Of a DNA stretch of 64,000 nt, positions 59,601 through 64,000 are shown piece after piece; the first letter of the stretch is position 1; each line of letters opens with the position of its first letter. The stretch comes from Azolla caroliniana. Lineage: Eukaryota > Plantae > Polypodiophyta. The DNA is taken from contig JBHGNT010000020.1 of NCBI GenBank assembly GCA_043228905.1, forward strand, positions 6,200,001 to 6,264,000, in the 5' to 3' direction. A model generated the notes under the pieces. It worked only from the letters and a program-made list of their open reading frames with translations. It was not told the DNA's origin and did no database searches. Made by a program: the position numbers and the translations under genes.

Positions 59601-62309
59601 GTAAGAAGCTGAGGAGACGGCTTACGCGCAAAGAGAAAGGGAAGAAGAAGGTGTCGGATTCTGGCACGGAAAGGAACGAGTCAGACCGACGCGAGTCCGA
59701 CTCCAAGGGAACCGGTGACGGGTCTTTAAAGGTGAAGACCGCGTCGACCGAGAAGGCCTCGACATCGGCTAATGTGAGATTACGCCGATGTACCCGCCAA
59801 AAGAACCCATTTGTGTGGTTCGGTTACAACGAGTACATGCCGCATCATTATGCGTACATGACCCGTGTAGCGGAAGTGCGTGAGCCGGAGAGCTACGCAG
59901 AAGCGGCTAAAGACGCGAATTGGCGTGCCGCGATGGAGGAAGAGATGCACGCATTGGCGGAAAACGAGACCTGGGACGTGGTGGACGCACCGAAGGGTGT
60001 GAAGCTGATCGGGTGTAGATGGGTGTACAAGGTCAAGTACAACACCAATGGCTCGGTCAACCGGTACAAGGCTCGGCTAGTGGCAAAGGGCTACGCGCAG
60101 AAACACGACATCAACTATGATAAGACGTTTGCGCCGGTCGCGAAAATGACGACCGTCCGTGTTTTGCTGGCAGTAGCTACGGCGAAGGGGTGGCACTTAC
60201 ATCAGATGGATGTAAAGAATGCGTTCCTGCAAGGTGACCTTCAGGAACAGGTGTACATGGTACAACCCCCCGGATTTCACTCCGGAACGAACTCCTCGAC
60301 AGTATGCCGACTGAAGAAGTCCCTTTACGGACTGAAGCAAGCCCCGTGTGCGTGGAACACGAAGATCACGCAACAACTACATCGGATGGGCTTCGTCACG
60401 TCAAAATCGGACTCTTCCCTGTTCATCCGGAAAGGTCGACTCGAACCGGTTAGTATTCTACTATATGTTGATGACATGGTCATCACCGGCGCCGACCTAG
60501 GTGAAATCGACTGCGTGAAGCTCCAGCTTGCGGCATCGTTCGACATGAAGGATCTGGGAGACCTTCATTACTTCCTCGGGATAGAAGTGATCCGTACCCC
60601 CGAAGGCATATTGATCAGCCAACGTCATTACGTGCTGAATATGCTCTTCAAACTCGGGATGGCCAACTGTAAGTCCATCTCGACTCCTCTGGACAGAACC
60701 GTCAAGCTTCGTCCCGATACGGGAAAGGTATGCGACCCGACGAGGTTCCGACAAATTGTCGGAAGCCTCATATACTTGACCATCACCCGACCCAACCTCA
60801 GTCATCCGGTCGGGGTGATCAGTCAGTTCATGGCGCGACCTACCGAGGAGCACCTTCAGTGTGCGCAACGCACACTTCGGTATGTCAAAGGCACTAAGGA
60901 CCCGGGACTGCTATATCGGACCGGCGCAGCCGCGCAGTTAGTCGGCTACACCGATGCTGATTGGGCTGGCAACGCAGCCGATCGCCGATCCACGTCTGGA
61001 TACGCGTTCTCCCTTGGCAGTGCCGCGATCGCATGGAGCAGTAAGAAGCAGCCGATATTTGCACTGTCGAGCACCGAAGCTGAGTACCGAGGAGCGGCTG
61101 TCGCGACATGCGAAGCCATATGGTTGAAGCGGCTACTTAAGGACCTGCAAGAGGAGGTGTCAGATCCAACGACGAATTACTGCGACCACCTCAGCAGCAT
61201 CCAGCTCGCGAAAAACCCCGTTTTCCACGCACGGACCAAGCACATTGAGGTGCACTACCATTTCGTCTGTGGGCGTGTCCTTTCCGGTGAAGTCGAACTT
61301 CAGTACGTTCCGACGGATCGGCAGGCTGCCGACATCTTCACCAAGCCTCTTGGTCTGGACAAGTTGTGGCAATTCTCAATTGCGCTCGGGTTGCGTCACC
61401 TTGACGTTGTCCACACACTACGACAACGTGCCGAACTTGAGGAAAGGAGTGGACACCGCGACACCGAGTCGGTTGTCGAGTTCAACATCGGATCGGCTGA
61501 AGAAGCCGAGGGCGGACCCGCGGAAAGGTTCAGAAGCAGACAGAAGGGGAGAAACCGAAGGAGAGAACCGAAGCCAACCATGCATGAGGAGGATGACGCC
61601 ATCGAGGGCGAGAAGACCGAAGAGGAGTTGGAGACAGCCAACTCGGACGAGAGCGAAGACCGATCGGAGGTAGCCGAGTCGGTTCGGATGTTTGATTCAG
61701 ACACGCTGAATCAACAGAGGCCCAAGTGGAAGAAAAGGCAGCAGGAGAGGCGTCAACACCGCAACAGCAGAAGAGCTAAGGGCCGCATGAGCAGACAAGC
61801 CAACCGGAAGGGTCGAAGCGCGCGGAGTCGAACAGGTCGAGGAGCGTGAGGGAGGCGTGAAGCCAGGAGGAACCGGTGCTGTGAAGATCCCGAAGAGCCT
61901 CAAGTTGAGCTTGAGGGGGAGTGTTGAGAGACAAGCTCAACATCGGCCGGATCGGCTGAAGAAGCCGAGGACCGGATCGGTTGGGACCGATCGGTTAGGC
62001 CGAGTGCGTAAACCGGGAGGTCGTTAGGAAAGATATTCCGTGAGGAATATATTTGGGAATTAGTGTAGGGGTTCTTGATGACCATTGAAGTACTGTTAGT
62101 ACTTCGGTCAGTCCTTTTAGGACTTGTATAAAAGTGCTCACTGAGCACGTCTTATGTACAAAGATTGAGTATTATTGTGAAATATAGTTTTTTGTTCTCT
62201 CTCTTTCTGTCTCTCCTGCATATACCGTGTAAGCTCAAGCTCTCCATTAAACTTGTGTTTCCTTCCTCTATTCTGTCTTCATACCTGCTTCCGCACACTA
62301 CTTTCTACA
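56665..62309 (+). mobile_element. Full-length Bryco copy 3 (pseudogenised)
   Basis: LTRs 56665-57051 and 61922-62309 (roughly 15-20 differences by eye); TSD TCTAT; PBS 57052-57063; PPT before 61922. Confidence 0.97.
57124..61927 (+). pseudogene. Bryco copy 3 gag-pol with post-RNaseH tail
   Basis: MDRGMASSLPTEKLDRTNY..., DSGAS, IN, RT, RNaseH; stops and frameshifts. Confidence 0.93.
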
Positions 62310-62449
62310 TCTATTAACAGCCAACCTAAGTCCCTCACCACACAGTTCTCAGTCCTATGGCAAATTTGGGTCTCCCCGATCGATCTTCAACCGATTTGGT
62401 TCTCGGCTTCTTCAGCCGCTCGACCCGAGTTGAGCTTGCTCGCTCAACA

Positions 62450-63759
62450 TTATTACTATAATAGGATTGTAGGCCCCTAATGACCTCTCGGAATCCATTA
62501 GGCTCGGCTCACCCGAATCGTTCTCTATTCGATTCGGCTCTCGATTTATTCAGCCGATTCGGGCCTAGTCTATCGGTCTTCAACCGATTTGGCCCATGTT
62601 GAGCTTGTCTCTCAACACCCCCCCTCAACCTCAACATGAGGTCCCACCATGTCAGCTCTAGCTAGTTCGTCACTCCAACCTCCTTGCCTAGCATCTCGAT
62701 GCCTCGTTTGTGCTCGTCGTCCAGTCTGGTCATGCGTCCTACAACCCTTTTGGTCTAGTGCTCGTCGACTCGTCTGGTCCCGTGCAGCTCGACCTCTGTG
62801 ATCGGCGTGTCTACTACCCAGGCCCTTCTAAGCTCCTTTGTTGTCGCGGTATTGGTGCCCCTCGATCCGTCACCTCCTCCGTCTCAGTGTCAACTTCAAC
62901 TGTTGTCTCGTATGCTTGGTTTGCATGTGACTCGGCTCGTCTGAATCAAACTTCTCGATCAAATTGGTCGTCTCTGATTCGTTCCCTCTCTTGTCCGAAT
63001 TGGTTGTCTCCAATTTGTCCTCCTTCAACAGCTTGACCACATCTGCCCATGTCTTGGTCCTGGCCTTTGCTTGGTGGGATTTGTCCTTCCCAGCTCTACC
63101 GCCTCGAATGGCTTTACCTCCCCTTGGTTCGGTTAACTATGGCATCGGCTCCCTCTTTCGGCCGCTCCTCTCCATGTGGCTAGTCCTTGCTTAGTCGATC
63201 TTCGTCCACCTGTCCATGCGTCCTTGGCTTCTCCAACTGATCCGGACATTCCGACTTCTTTAGTCGTGCCGAAATCAAATTCTTCATCCGATTCGGTTTT
63301 CCGGACTTTGTCTCTCTTTTTCTCGCTTATTCGACTCTTCCCCCTCAAGTTTGGCATGTCAAAATGTTGTAAGCTAAGAATGCTTGAAAAATGTCGCAAC
63401 TTGCCTAGGCCAAGAGGTTTGGTGAAGATATTGGCAACTTGCCGATCAGTCGGAACATACACAAGTTCGACTTCACTGGAGAGGACTCACTCCCGGACGA
63501 AATGATAGTGCGCCTCAATGTGCTTGGTCCGGGCATGGAAGACTGGGTTCTTTGCAAGTTGGATGTTGCTGAGGTTGTTGCAGTATATGGCTGTCAGTTT
63601 GCACGCCTCCACTCACAGATCCTTCAATAGCCGTTTTAGCCAAATGGCTTCACACGTAGTGACAGACGCCCCTCAATACTTAGCCTTAGTGCTCCACAGT
63701 GCCACTGTCGGATGCTTTTTGCTGCTCTAGGTGATCGCAACGCTTCCCAATGAAAACGT
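62450..63759 (-). mobile_element. Bryco copy 5: part of 3' LTR (to 62617), PPT, tail, RNaseH
   Basis: TGTTGAGCTTGTCTCTCAACA ending 62617 then C-run PPT complement; YVPTDRQVANIFTKPLG. Confidence 0.88.
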
Positions 63760-64000
63760 TGTCGCGGAAATCCGCGCTTACATATCGGATCCGGGCAAGA
63801 TCACCGGGGTCATGGACCGGGAGGGTAGGAATTGCCGAGAACCCGAATCCTCCGGAGCTTGCTACGTCGTCGGCCGGTTCCATCCTGGATATTCTCCAGA
63901 TGTGACTGGTAACCACACGGGAAGTGAGAGAGCTCGCACTCGTCCTTGTTGCCCCTTTCGCCCGTATGTACAAGGGGCCCAAAAGAGGCACGTGGCACGA
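63760..64000. mobile_element. Probable start of another TGTCG-terminated LTR
   Basis: Bryco RNaseH homology stops abruptly at ACGT|TGTCGCGG; other end lies outside the window. Confidence 0.6.

Larger units (their letters stand above)
13838..62449 (-). mobile_element. Old Bryco copy 4, fragmented host of the large nest (pieces 13838-15120, 19716-21031, 53840-55838, 56623-56664, 62310-62449)
   Basis: Domains are collinear on minus: 5' LTR 55567-62449 (interrupted), PBS about 55555-55566, gag/PR/IN, IN-RT, then RT-RNaseH; protein joins SFEMKDIG to DLHYFLGIEV across 19716/15120. Confidence 0.75.

Overview
Plant nuclear DNA, most likely a bryophyte or other seed-free plant (inferred from element families). 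No host genes were found: the window is a deeply nested pile of LTR retrotransposons. It holds at least six copies of a Bryco/RLC5-like Ty1/copia family, several inserted into each other. One intact-ORF Tork/Tnt1-like copia (5085-10665, TSD ATCTT) sits among degenerate relatives and solo LTRs, with an Ale-like copia fragment nearby. Two diverged non-chromoviral Ty3/gypsy elements (A 21033-53839, B 28611-38504) both carry a large sense-strand accessory ORF after integrase. A very young atypical gypsy (C 38635-46045) has apparently identical LTRs, an 18-nt tRNA-Trp primer site, a G GAU UUU -1 frameshift with pseudoknot and a 4-bp TSD. C and two other TGTCG-ended insertions all sit at RCGT sites. 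A 62-bp plant telomere array is inserted cleanly into a Bryco gag. Family names come from motif recognition, not database searches, and LTR comparisons were made by eye.
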